DNA of 64,000 nucleotides from NCBI RefSeq assembly GCF_963921235.1, contig NC_086097.1, positions 83,392,001-83,456,000 on the forward strand. Direction: 5' to 3'. Numbering within the stretch: the first letter of the stretch is position 1; each line of letters begins with the position of its first letter. The translations under genes and the position numbers were made by a program. Under the pieces are notes generated by a model. It was not told the origin of the DNA, made no database searches, and saw only the letters and a program-made list of their open reading frames with translations. Of the stretch, positions 49,845 to 62,029 are shown piece by piece. This DNA is from Mobula hypostoma (taxonomy: Eukaryota).

Positions 49845-52296
49845 ATTTTTTTTTAATATAATTTTTATTGAGTTTTCAAAAATACATGAAAAGATAGTAT
49901 CTACCCTCCCCCCTCCCCTTAACCCTCCCCCCCCATATAAAGTCCTACCTAAAAAGAAAAGAAGAAAAAAAGAGAGCCGCCTGGGTATTGGAAGGTTTCT
50001 ACATGCTCCATGGAATTCAAAATAAAATTGGTATACTTATTCGTTACTTTCCCCAAGGGACCAAGATCTTTATCGGAGCACTTAAATATGCCATCATATC
50101 TTTTGTAAATAAGGGCGCCAAATATTCAAAAATGTTACATATTTATCTCTTAAATTATAAGTAATTTATTTTTTGTGGTGTAATATATAATTGGTGTAAA
50201 AAGTTATATTATACTAATCTAAGTCGAACATTTATTGTGTTTGTCATACTGTCAAGGCACAGTCTTGACCAATTTGTTTCATCAATATTAATATTCAGAT
50301 CTGTTTCCCATTCTTGTTTTGACTTAAAAATTGCTACTCCCTGCTACAACAACACTACCCACCCAATCTCTCTTTAATTTCTGATGTTCTGTTTCTGTTA
50401 AATGCGTTTCCTGTAAAAAGGCTGAATCTATCTTCATTTTCTTAATATGTGTTAAGATTCTTTTTCTTTTCACTAGTCCATTAAGCCCATTAACACTAAA
50501 ACTCAAAAAATTCAATAAATTAGTCATTATTTTTAACAAAGTTACTCCAATCTAAAACATTACTTAACTTCTCAACTCTCATAGTTCCTTGGGGAATCTC
50601 TTTGAACTTCACCATGTTGCTATGCGTTCCCCCCCCCCACCCAATCATCCAGGCAAAAAGAAAAAAAAAGAGATAGATGAGATATAAAAAAAAGAAAAAA
50701 CAAAATACCCCCCCACTAATGTTGTGAATGAAAGGATACACAACACTACCCCCCTCCATTTTGCGGGTCGTGGCTAGAGCCACGCTTGCACACATGATTA
50801 GCGTAGCAATTGATCAGTGCTTCTTTCAGCTCCCCCGTAACAAAAAAAATTATATATATATAAAAAAATTAATGTTACTATTCCCAACCAGTATTCCTCA
50901 AATTTTAACCTTACTTCCCCTCCCTCATATAATTAGTAATATATTTATATATTCATCCGCCTTCAAAAACCAACAAGTCCATTCTTTGACCCAGTCTTCT
51001 TCTTCAATCCATCTCGCTCCCCTGGTTTTGTTCTTGTACCTGGTGAATATTCAGAGAGTCTTGCACAAACTGCTCCGCTTTCCGGTAATCATCAAAAAAT
51101 CTTTTTTCTCCACCAGTCAAAAAAATCTTCAAGGGTGCAGGGTAACGCAATATAAAATGATAACCGTGATCCCATAGGATTTTTTTCACTGGATTAAATT
51201 TCTTCCTTCTCGTCAAAAGTTCATAACTTATGTCAGGATAGAAAAAAATTTTTTTCCCTTGAATCATCAATGGCCCTTTTCTATTCTTGGCAGCTTGGGC
51301 AGCTGCCTGTAGAATCCTTTCCTTGTCTTGAAATCTTAAAAATTTTATTAAAAATTGCTCGTGGATATTGGTCATCTTGTGGTTTTGGTCTTAGAGCTCT
51401 ATGTGCCTGCTCAATTTCAATTAATCGGCCCTCCTCTTTCATTTGCAAAACTTCCGGGATCCATCTTTGAAAAAATTTTATTGGATTTCCTCCCTCCATA
51501 CCTTCTTTAAGACCAACAATTTTAATATTATTACGTCTACTAAATTTTTCCAACATGTCCACTTTCTCCAAGAGTCAATTTCTTTTCGTGTTCCAGACAA
51601 GCAAATCATTTTCTGTTTTTTCCACTCTATCATTAATATGCTCCATTTTTCTTTCCATCTCCTGAAGCTTCTTATCCATTTTATCCTGTCTTTTCATAGC
51701 TTTATTATAGCACATCTTCACGTCTCTAAGCTCTGCTCTTACTTTTCTTACTTCAGCCATTAATTGCAATAAAGCCTCTCTTATGTCTCCATCATCTCCT
51801 TTAGTTCCAATCCCTTCCAGTTCTTCCTTCTCTTCTTCATCTGTATTCTCTGCGGTATCCGATTCTGACTCTGAGTCACTTTCAGTTGCAGTGGCTGTCG
51901 GTTCTTGTAGTTTGAGTTGTATCAATTTGCGCATGCGTTCTTCTTTGCGCATGCGCATTTCCGTCACCTTCTTCCGAGAGACCGCTACCGCCGCCATTGC
52001 TCCCTGTTCTACGGCGGAGATAGAACGCATCTCCTCCAAAAGAGATCTAACCTGAGTCTGAGGCTCCATCGCTACAGTAGGCCCTTTTTTCTTCCCATCT
52101 CGCGGCAGCTTCGCAACAACAGACTTCTTCTGTTGCGGTTTAGGAGGCATATTGTAAAGTAGTCTTGCAAAGTTATAAATAGTTTTCGGAAAGTATTTAT
52201 TAACTTTGTTTTGTTTAAACGGTACTTTGCTAATTTTTTACGGGAGAGCTGGATTTACACGTCTCAATCACAGGCTATCACGTGACGCCCCCGAGA
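49845..52296 (-). mobile_element. L1-clade element with ORF1, short ORF2 endonuclease stub and 3' UTR; 15-bp TSD
   Basis: ORF1 from 52150 (MPPKPQQKK; coiled coil; SRRNNIKIVGLKEG; IEQAHR; IFFYPDISYELL..R) is broken by frameshifts and a stop. ORF2 start NFLSFSVNGLNGLVKRKRIL..AFLQETHL. AATAAA plus A-rich tail; TSD tgtgagtgctaattt at 49830-49844 and 52297-52311. Confidence 0.92.
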
Positions 52297-54884
52297 TGTG
52301 AGTGCTAATTTTAATAATACTCACCCACTTGTGCTGCTGTGATCACCAGTGACACGATGGGTCACAAAAGGGTACCCTGGACGAACACCCGATGCTGTGG
52401 CATGACAAAGTCACATAAACAGTCTCCTTATTCAACAAAGTGAGACACAGCAGACATCATATTGAGACCCTGTTCGGAGAAAGAAGCCTGCTCAGCCCAA
52501 TGCTACACAATATTGTTTGTGCTAAACATCAAATGGCAATTCCATATTTACAATGCATTCACAATGTTTCCTTTGAACTACACACAACCTTCACACCTCC
52601 CACTTTGCTCCCACACCACAGGCAGCCAAATGGATTTTAATCAACATTGTCCTGTCTTCCCATTAACTGTGATTCACTATTCTTAGGAGCACATTGTTCA
52701 GAGCTGCATTTTTAATTTAATCTACAGTCCCTATTCAGATTTGAAGGTTGGTGCCTGAAGTTAGTTGCTGAAGTTATTTACTGTATGTGCCAACCCCAAA
52801 AATGCCCTAACAATAAGGAAATATCAAGAACTGGTTGAAGAGAAAATGGAAAGAAGATAAAATTGGAAGTGGTTAAAGTGGAAGTCAGAAGTAGAGGGTG
52901 ACACTACATCTGCTTTTTCATTATGTGTACAACTTACTTAGTGATCAACGATGTTACCAAATCAACCATATAATTCAAACACACACCTCAGCATTGACAT
53001 TGCAGTGTGTGCTGGACAGGGATGGTGTTGTATACATTTACTAACTCTCCAGATTAGTCAACCTTTCTCTGCAGTATGTGGATCAGTGGAGGTTGCAATG
53101 ATGACTTGTGTCACTTTCTTCATAAACACCCATACTCCAATACACTCTCTTGAAGTCTTATTTGTAAGTAAAATGTTTATCTAAAATATGCTAGGCCAGT
53201 TTCAACAGTTGAACCCTATCTTCCTCATGGAACTTCTTTGAAGGATTCTTCAGAAGCTTTTGCACTCATTGTTACACTGATATTTTGAGGCCCGTTAGCA
53301 CCTTAACAGAATTGTAACATTTTTATCCCTCCTGAAGGCAGTGGGAACTACACCAAACTTGGCTTGCTTGAGAGATTGTGCTCTCCCAGGAAAAAGGAGA
53401 TGGATTTACCACTGTGTTGTGCAGCCAGGCAGACTTTATGCCAGTTTGCTGCTACACACCATAATGTGCTCTTGCACAGTTAACATTTTTTTAAAAAACG
53501 TAAATAATAATCACCACAGAATTTCACACATTCAGGCCAACACTTTTTGAACGGATAAATACGTTGACATAACACAGTATATCTCATTTGATGATATATC
53601 TGTTTTTTTAAACTCTATTGACAGTATTTTGATTCAGAGAATTAAATGAAAAGTTCACAGAAACTTGTCCAAGGATTGCCGACATCTGTTTTTCAAGCAT
53701 CTTTCAAACTACCAGTTCGAACTTCGGAATAACTTAGCAGAACATTGAACACATTGTTGTATAAAGACACTAACACACAGCAAATTAGTAAACTTTACTC
53801 ATATCTGAGTAGACTTGTTCCAGTTCTACTCAGCATGCCAATAATATATATTGCTATCCTCCTTCTAAATGTCTCTGAAGAATTATTAGACATCTTACTG
53901 CAGTGTATCTGCACATTTGACATAACAGAACCAGGACACATTAATCAGTGCATAGTACTACTCATGAGGTTCAGTGGCTGAACAATTTTGCCTTTCCTTA
54001 TTGGTCAAAGGATGAGTAGAGATCTTTTTCATATAGTTTTGTGCTACCACCTACAGGCTAAAATGGAAATAACCACAAACTTTGCAGAGTGCTGAAGAAA
54101 AGTCTAGAAAAAGCAACAACTCTTATGTCGAGTGAGAGAACATTCTGTGGCTGTGAAATAATTATGAAACTACAAAACTGTTACTAATTCCTAGCAACTG
54201 ATTAATTTAATGCAATTGGACATAACTCTTGCTTTCAAATACTGGCCGTTCATAACCATTTTATTGGCAAGTACAATGGTCACTGTGCACACATTTTCCA
54301 CACTGACAAGAGTGATACAACTTTGAGAGTTTGGTGAATTATTAATGTTGATCATTCATCCATTTGCATCATTCCCGGTGGCATTGAAAGCCCTGATGTT
54401 AAGTGTATTTATACAGAGAGTTGGTGCCCTGTAAAACTTTTGGTTTATTCACTCCTGACAAATGATGACGTTTAGGAGTAGGTTGTGATGTGTATGTAGA
54501 TGACAACACCGAATTACTCAATGACATCTTCCTGCTTGGTTAAGGGGAATTGGCTGCTTCTACTGACTTTTATTTCAGAAGTAGACTTTTTATGTGGTAA
54601 AAGTACATACAAAAGGAATAATGCTGAGCAAGATTTACATTCTTCTTCAGAACATCGTGCTGTGTAAATTTAAGGAGAGAGGGTTAAAAACTAAATGTAG
54701 CACCATTACCATCATGTAGCCCCTGATAGCTATTTCATCATTCAAGGGGCTTCCCCACCCAACTCCCAGTGCACTATGTTCAAAGGAACCTGGATTGTGG
54801 TCATTCCCCACAGAGCCTTAATGTGGCTGCACTGAGCATCCTTCAGTACTGAGCCTCTGCTCAGCCAGTCTGCAGTGTTCCATA

Positions 54885-55340
54885 AGGCCTTGAGATATAG
54901 GAGCAAAATGAGGCCATTTGGCCCATAGAGTCTGCTCTACGATTTCAGCCCCAATCACCTGCCTTCTCCCCATATCTCTTCTTACCCTAACTAATAAAGA
55001 ATCTGTCAACCTCTGCCTGAAATATACCCAATGACCTGGCCTCCACAGCTGCCCGTGGCAACGAATTCCACAGATTCACCACTCTCTGGCTAACAAAATC
55101 TCACATTGTTTCAGTTCTAAATGGATGTCCTTCAATTCTGAAACTGTGTCCTCTAGTCTTAGACTTCCCTACAATAGAAAACATCCTCTCCAGATCCACT
55201 GTATTGAAGCATTTCATCATTCGATGGGTTTCAATGAGATCTCCCCTTATTCTTTTGAATCCAATGAGTTCAGAACCGGAGTCATCAAACACTCCTCATA
55301 TGATAAGCCTTTCAATCCCGGAATCATTTCATAAGCCTTC
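54885..55340 (-). mobile_element. CR1 LINE 3' fragment
   Basis: IPGLKGLSYEECL, FKRIRGDLIETHRMMK..KTRGHSFRIEGHPFRTE. Confidence 0.82.
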
Positions 55341-55414
55341 CTTACAGACAACAGACTGTGTTGGAAGATGAACAAGCTACTTCTACTGCGAGGCAATAAA
55401 ATAAAAGTCACTTC

Positions 55415-55853
55415 TGACCGCCACCACTCTCTTCTCACTGCTGCCATCAGGAAGAAGGTACAGGAGCCTCAGGACCCACACCACCAGGTTCAGGAACAGT
55501 CATTACCACTCAGTCATCAGACTCTTGAACCAAAGGGGAAAACTTCACTACATTCATCACTGAACTGTTCCCACAACCTATGGACTTACTTTCAAGAACT
55601 CTTCATCTCATGTTCACAATATATGTATCGCTCCTTTATTTATTATTTTTATTATTTCTTTTTTCTTTCTTTTTGTACTTGCATGGTTTATTACCTTCTG
55701 CACATTGGTTGTTTGTCCATCCTGCTGGGTGCAGTGTTGCATTGATTCTATTCTGTCTCTTGTATTTACTGTGAATGCCCGCAAGAAAATGAATCTCAGG
55801 GTTGTATATGGTGATATGCATGTACTTTGATAATAAACTTACTTTGAATTTTG
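55415..55853 (+). mobile_element. Rex1/L2-type LINE 3' fragment
   Basis: ctcttctcactgctgccatcaggaagaaggtacaggagc (LFSLLPSGRRYRS) is similar to the end of the 27586 ORF. Ends aataaacttactttgaattttga. Confidence 0.65.
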
Positions 55854-56289
55854 ATCACCAACAATCTCTTCTCACCTCAGTGCAGGAAAGAGCATGGAGT
55901 ACACTAACCTGCATCCCCCTCCCGTAGAAAATTAATCTAAAAGGGTCAGAGCTGTGTAAATGTAGAGATTGTCACAGAACACTTCCATATACAGTATCTA
56001 TGTGTTCCATTGCCCTCTGTTATGTCTTGTACTTTCAAAACATTAGATGAATTCAAATGAAGATATGAGAATCTGGGAATGCAAGTCTGGCTTCAAGTTT
56101 ACTTTAGCGAGGTGCGTATGTATCACATGGGAGCACAATAATGTAATCCATAATGAATTATTATAATGAACAACAATGCTTAAACAAACAATATATATGT
56201 ATACAAGATTACTCAAATATTACTGAAATATTAAATACACAACACTCCTTCCTGCTTAGCTATAAGCTCCAACTCAATAGAGAATGCAC

Positions 56290-56975
56290 CTTTTTTTTAG
56301 ATTATGAGAACACTCAGTCCTCTTTTATTGTCATTTAGAAATGCATACTCACATTAAGAAATGATACAATGTTTCTCCGGAGTGATATCACAGAAAACAA
56401 GACAGACAAAAGACTAACACTGACAGAACCACATAATTATAACATATAGTTACAGCAGTGCAAGCAATCCCACAATTTGTTGAAGAACAGTCCATAGACA
56501 CAGTAAAAAAATAGTCTCAAAGTCCCCGAGTCGATCGACTCCCGACTCCCCGATAGCGGCGGCAAAAGGGAGAAACTCCCTGCCATAAACCTCCAGGCAC
56601 CACCAACTTGCCGATACCTTGGAAGCAACCGACCTTGAGTCCATCTGTCCGAAAACTCCGAGCTTCCGAGCAGCCTCTCCGGTACAACCTCCAGAGCGCC
56701 ATCCTCTGCCGAGTGCCTTCGACCTCTCCCTGGCCGCTGAAACACACAAAGCCGAGGGCTTTGAGGCCAACAGCTCCAAAGATTCCGGTTACCACACAGT
56801 AGCATGGGTAGCAAAGCAGTCATTTCAGAAGTTTTCCAGATGTTCCGCTAAGCACTCATGTCTGTCTCCATCAAATCAGAATTGTGCACGGCACCCTACT
56901 TGACAGATAACAGATATTCATCACCGGAGAGGCCGCGCGTGCTGCCGTCGCACCACCATCTTCTCTTTGAACTCT
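56290..56975 (-). mobile_element. Non-autonomous retroposon (about 690 bp) inserted in the Gypsy 3' UTR
   Basis: Colinear along its length with 63237-63933 (aagagaagatgg...ctgatttgatggagacag...aatgacaataaaagaggactg.gtgt.ctcataatcta). No convincing ORF. Confidence 0.75.
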
Positions 56976-57003
56976 CAACTATATACACAGTATAGTATAT
57001 AAT

Positions 57004-58183
57004 AGACAATAGGTGCAGGAGTAGACCATTTAGCCCTTCGAGCCAGCACTGCCATTCACTGTGATCATGGCTGATCATCCACTATCAGTATCCAGTTCCT
57101 GCCTTATCCCCATAACCTTTGATTCCGCTATCTTTAAGAGCTCTATCCATCTCTTTCTTGAAAGCATCCAGAGACTTGGCCTCCACAGCCTTCTGGGGCA
57201 GAGCATTCCATATACCCACTACTCTCTGGGTGAAAAAGTTTTTCCTCAACTCCGCTCTAAATGGCCTACCCCTTATTCTTAAACTGTGGCCTCTGGTTCT
57301 GGACTCACCCATCAACGGGAACGTGCTTCCTGCCTCCAGCGTGTCCAATCCCTTAATAATCTTATGTTTCAATAAGATCCCCTCTCAGCCTTCTAAATTC
57401 CAGAGTATACAAGCCCAGTCACTCCAATCTTTCGACATATGACAGCCCCGCCATCCTGGGAATTAACCTTTTGAACCTACGCTGCACTCCCTCAATAGCA
57501 AGAATGTCCTTCCTCAAATTTGGAGACCAAAACTGCACACAGTACTCCAGGTGTGGTCTCACCAGGGCCCTGTATAGCTGCAGAAGGACCTCTTTGCTCT
57601 TATACTCAATTCCCCTTGTTATGAAGGCCAGCATGCCATTAGCTTTCTTCACTGCCTGCTGTACTTGCATGCTTGCTTTCAGTGACTGATGTACAAGAAC
57701 ACCTAGATCTCATTGTACTTCCCCTTTTCCTAACTTGACTCCATTTAGATAATAATCTGCCTTCCTGTTCTTACCACCAAAGTGGATAACCTCACATTTA
57801 TCCACATTAAACTGCATCTGCCATGCATCTGCCCACTCACCCAACCTGCCCAAGTCATCCTGCATTATCTCAACATCCTCCTCACATTTCACACTGCCAC
57901 CCAGCTTTGTGTCATGGGCAAATTTGCTAATGTTACTTTTAATTCCCTCATCTAAATCATTAATATATATTGTAAGCAGCTGCGGTCCCAGCACTGAACC
58001 CTGCGGTACCCCACTGGTCACCACCTGCCATTCTGAAAGGGACCCATTAATCGCAATTCTTTGTTTTCTGTCAGCCAGCCAATTTTCAATCCATGTCAGT
58101 ACTCTACCCCCAATACCATGTGCCCTAATTTTGCCCACTAATCTCCTATGTGGGACTTTATCAAAGGCATTCTGAAAGTCCAG
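57004..58183 (-). mobile_element. Young CR1 LINE inserted in the Gypsy 3' UTR
   Basis: YLDFQNAFDKVPH..GVPQGSVLGPQL..; 9-bp TSD gtatataat at 56995-57003 and 58184-58192. Confidence 0.93.
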
Positions 58184-58432
58184 GTATATAATGCAGCTAC
58201 TATATACAGACACCCACAGCATAGTAACTTTTAAATTGTCCCATTCAGGCTTAAAGATTTAATTACTGTGGAGATTTCTTATTCTTGTAGAATAACATTT
58301 TTCCTGACAAGGGATCACTCTGCTTGGCAAGTGAGACTTGTGGTTCTGAAACTCTCTCAAGGGCCTCCTGCATGGTGGCTATAGGAGTTGATTCTGAAAC
58401 TGCAGGATATAGTCTGACAACTCTGGACACTT

Positions 58433-58979
58433 TTCTTCTTCTTCCTTTTCCTTATTCTAGTTTTATATCTTGATCCTTGGAAGGTACTTTCAGTTCACTG
58501 GAGTATTCTCTTATTAACGCTTCTATGCTCCCTTTAGGATCTGATCTCTTCTCTTGGTTTCCACATCCACAACATCATCTAACGAATCATCTGTTATCAT
58601 ATCTCCATTGACTCCTTTCTTTTCAGCCTTCCATTCATCCAGCAAGACAGTTGTCTTTGCATTTACTTTTACAAGCAACTTTTCATCTCCCACTTGAAGT
58701 TCATGCATTAATCTTAATGCACGCAGAGTAGATTCTGCTTGTTTATACTCACAAAAGCCAAATGCTTGCAACTTACCTGAAGCTCCTTGAACTCTCTTCC
58801 GGCTTAAAACCAAGCCACTTTTCACAAGAAACATAGCGGAAGATTTCTCAGATAAGTTGCCGGCGAAAACTGTTGTAGTTGGACCTACAGCTTTCATCAT
58901 TTTCACGCTTCCTCTGAGCAGCATGGTCCTTCCTTGGTCCAGTACGCTTTCCAACCAGAGGCACAGAGGTTGGCACTAA
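58433..58979 (-). pseudogene. RBM25: Processed (intronless) RBM25 fragment covering the RRM and flanks
   Basis: LVPTSVPLVGKRTGPRKDH..RENDESC/GPTTTVFAGNLSEK..GLVLSRKRVQGASGKLQAFGFCEYKQAESTLRALRLMHELQVGDEKLLVKVNAKT..LDEWKA..ETKRRDQILKGA/IEALIREYSSELKVPS matches vertebrate RBM25 as I recall it. Frameshifts and a small in-RRM deletion. Confidence 0.92.
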
Positions 58980-61169
58980 CCCCTGCTTGCCCTCTGTTTG
59001 ATATCAGTTCATGGGGCACAGCATAGAAACAGTTGTGGCATCATCCAGTACCGTTCTTAATTCGCTTTCATTTGGCTTCATCACAGGGCAACTAGTGGAT
59101 GGATCTCCAATCAAGATGTAGTTGTCTCAGTCAATAATACTCCCAGAATGCTGGTTCCTCCTGTTTTTAGCACATACAAGCTCAAAGTGGTGGTTGTATT
59201 TCACAGTTATGGATGTCTTTCGTACAGGAGTTATCTTTTCTCCAGTATAAGTTCTTAGCTGGATATCTGCAGGCTTCAGTTTAGTACCTTTGAAATGCCA
59301 CCCAAACTCATTTTGTGGAATGATTGAAACGGTTGAGCCAATGTCCAATTCTATTTTAATTAATTTGCCGTTTACTTCTGGCGTAGGCCATATTGCTTCT
59401 CTACTGTTAATTTTCAAAGGTTTCAAAGGTGCATTTAACGTCACAGAAATGAATACAATTTACATCCTGAAGTGTTTTTTCTTCACAACCATCTACAAAA
59501 ACACTAAATTTCAAGGCCACACAATCCTGTGTCACTCTCATCATTATCACAATGTTCATCAATAGCATGCAAATTAGTGTTCTTTTTGAAACAGCAACTT
59601 GACTTTTTAGCTTTTTCTCTTCCCTGTGCAGACCATTTACTTTTTTCTACCCGGCATGCTGTTTGTACGTGTTGCACTTTCTGCAAGTTTTGCCTTTAAA
59701 TCTCCATTTGTTTTGTGTATGTGAGCCTCTTACACAACAGTAATGCAATTTCAAACAAGGGAAAATCTGCAAATGCTGGAAATCCAAGCAACACAATTTG
59801 TTCGGCCAGGATGGTTACTATCTAAATGCTACAATTTTGTTCATGTTCACTTTCATTTCTGACTGCAACTCATTTGTCTCTGTAGTTTCCATTGAAACAG
59901 AGATTTCCACTGCTCTTTTAAATGCATGAGGTGCTTCAGATGGGAGCTGTTTTTGAATGCTTTCTATTAAGATTCCACAAACTAAACAATCTCTTGGTGT
60001 ACTATTAAGATCATTACCGAACTGGCAATGCTCAGGAAATCTCTTCATTTCAGCCATGTACGCTGAATTGGACTCCCCTTCCTTTTGATTCCACATATGA
60101 AACCTAAAGCGTTCTGCAATCAATGATGGCTTTGGTTCTAAGTGTTCCTGCCTCACTCTTACAATAGTAACAAATCTCATTTCTGATAGTTTGGTTGGAG
60201 TCAAACTTTGAAGCAAACCGTATGCCTTTAAATCCACTGCACTTAGCAAAATTTCTACCTGCTTCTCATTGGCTATTTGATTTGCTTCAAAATACTATTC
60301 CAATAGTTCAGTATACATAAGCCAATCACCCATTGTGTAATCTAACTCATCAATTTTTCCGCCGTAGCCAGCCATTTCTGTTCCTTTTTTTATGACTATT
60401 AACAACCAGTACTCACTCTTTATGAAACTGTGAGTTCTTCCATTTTCTGACCTTTTTTTTAACTTGATTGTGTCTTCCCTTCCAAAGAACATGTGCCTTT
60501 TGTAACGCGACTATTCTTCGCTGCGCTTTATTTTATATTGAATGTCTCACTGTACTTTAACAGGTCGGTAGCCGTGTCAGGTTCATTTTTAAAATATCTT
60601 GTCAGCAAGATTGTGTTTTGTAACTTCAAAACATTACACTAATTCAAAGGAAGATACGGGAGTCTGGGAATGCAGGTCTACCTTCAAGTTTACTCTAGCA
60701 AGGTGTGCATGTATCACGTGGTGTACTGCATGTAATTCATGTATATACACATAGCCTGTAATAAATTACTTAAATGAACAAAAATGCTTAATCAACCGAT
60801 ATATATACAAGAATACTCAAATATTATTGAAATACTAAATGCACAACACCCTCCCTACTGGGAATGGTGACCTAGGAAATACAACTGCCATAAGTAGAGC
60901 AGTGGAATTAGTTTCAACCAATAAACTTCGCAGTTTAGCTGCTATATCGTACAGTTTAAAACTCATTAAAATGGAAGAGACATCAGCTTTTGTAAAATGG
61001 AGCACAGATTTACCAATATGGCATTTTTTTCTTCCATTTAAGTGGTAATTTATGCATGCACATAAATTGGTAACTCTTTCTTTGCATGAATAAAACTCCT
61101 GGAAGTGAGAACTTCCTTGTAGAGTTATACTCGCCCCTGTGGGACTGGATGAGCCCAGAGCTGCTGGAA

Positions 61170-62010
61170 ATGTACAAAACCGTGCTTTGGCTAGCATGTC
61201 AGACCCTATGTGGAATGGCATAACCACCCTCATCAACATACAGAAGGAGGAGAGGGATGACATCAGAAATTGGAGACCTATTTCACTGTTGAATGTGAAT
61301 TATTAGATTATGAAGACACGCAGTCCTCTTTTATTGTCATTTAGTAATGCATGCATTAAGAAATGATACAATATTTGATATAATAGCCTGTTCAAGGCGA
61401 TCACCAAACAGGTCAAGATTGCTCTGTGCTACACCAGGCAGAAAAAAAATCTCTTGACAGCTTTACGTTACTCAGGTATACAATCACCTACAGGCAGGAC
61501 AGAGGGTTAGATACCTGCCTGGTCAGCTTAGATAAGGAAAAGACCTTCAACACGTGTACAGTGGGTTTTGGGAAGGTGATCAAATATTGAATCCAACTGC
61601 TTTGCATAGATCTGCAATGGAGTCCAAATTAATGTGTGGGAGAGAGAGCTTCCACATCAAGTCTGGGGTTAGGCAGGGTTGCCCACTCTCCCTTATCTTG
61701 TTTGCATGCGACATAGAGCTCTATGCAGAATCCACCAGAAAAGATGAGGGCTGATGTTACCAGACAGTGGACACACACAAGTTAAGACCTCCCTGTACAC
61801 AAACAATGTCACTATCTCCTGCCCAGATCCATGACTGATTTGCTGACTGATCAGCATATGAGACCGGTTTGAGTTGGCATTAGGGGTCAAGGTCAACCAC
61901 AGGAAAAGCAAGGCAATACTCTTTGGTAACTGGACCAAGAATTCCAATCTCCCTTTCACTGTCAGGTCTGACTACACCAAAAGTGCTGGGGATCTGGTTC
62001 AGAGGGGCTC
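61170..62010 (+). mobile_element. Degenerate Tx1/L1-clade RT fragment
   Basis: GITTLI..ERDDIRNWRPISLLNVNY, SLDKEKTFN, SGVRQGCPLSLILF, GVKVNHRKSKAILFG. Confidence 0.75.
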
Positions 62011-62029
62011 AGGCATGTATCGGGGCAGT

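Larger units (their letters stand above)
56018..60848 (-). mobile_element. Complete Gypsy-type LTR provirus with most of pol replaced by a captured RBM25 cDNA
   Basis: LTRs at 56018-56244 and about 60609-60848, outer ends TGTT...AACA, TSD CCCTC at 56013-56017 and 60849-60853, PPT (ggaaggag) at 56245-56252. Gag: EPKPSLIAERFRFH..NQKEGES..EHCQFG..RDCLVCG. Protease: IKIELDIGSTVSII..LRTYTGEKI. Confidence 0.92.

Noticed and set aside
52312..54880. Repeat-poor intergenic stretch as a possible 3' UTR or enhancer of a neighbouring gene
   Set aside because: No exon or motif evidence visible; needs conservation or expression data.
58523..58954. A functional RBM25 gene or expressed 143-aa ORF
   Set aside because: No introns, frameshifts on both sides of the RRM, a deletion in the RRM, no true start, and it is embedded in a provirus.
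45504..60848. The pol-only Gypsy (+) and the gag-pro Gypsy (-) as two halves of one inverted element
   Set aside because: Their LTRs are unrelated in sequence, and the second element has its own two LTRs, pol tail and matching TSD.
60835..61263. 142-aa minus-strand ORF next to the LTR as an exon of a neighbouring gene
   Set aside because: No recognisable homology, overlaps a Tx1-like fragment and the LTR end, and has no convincing splice pair.
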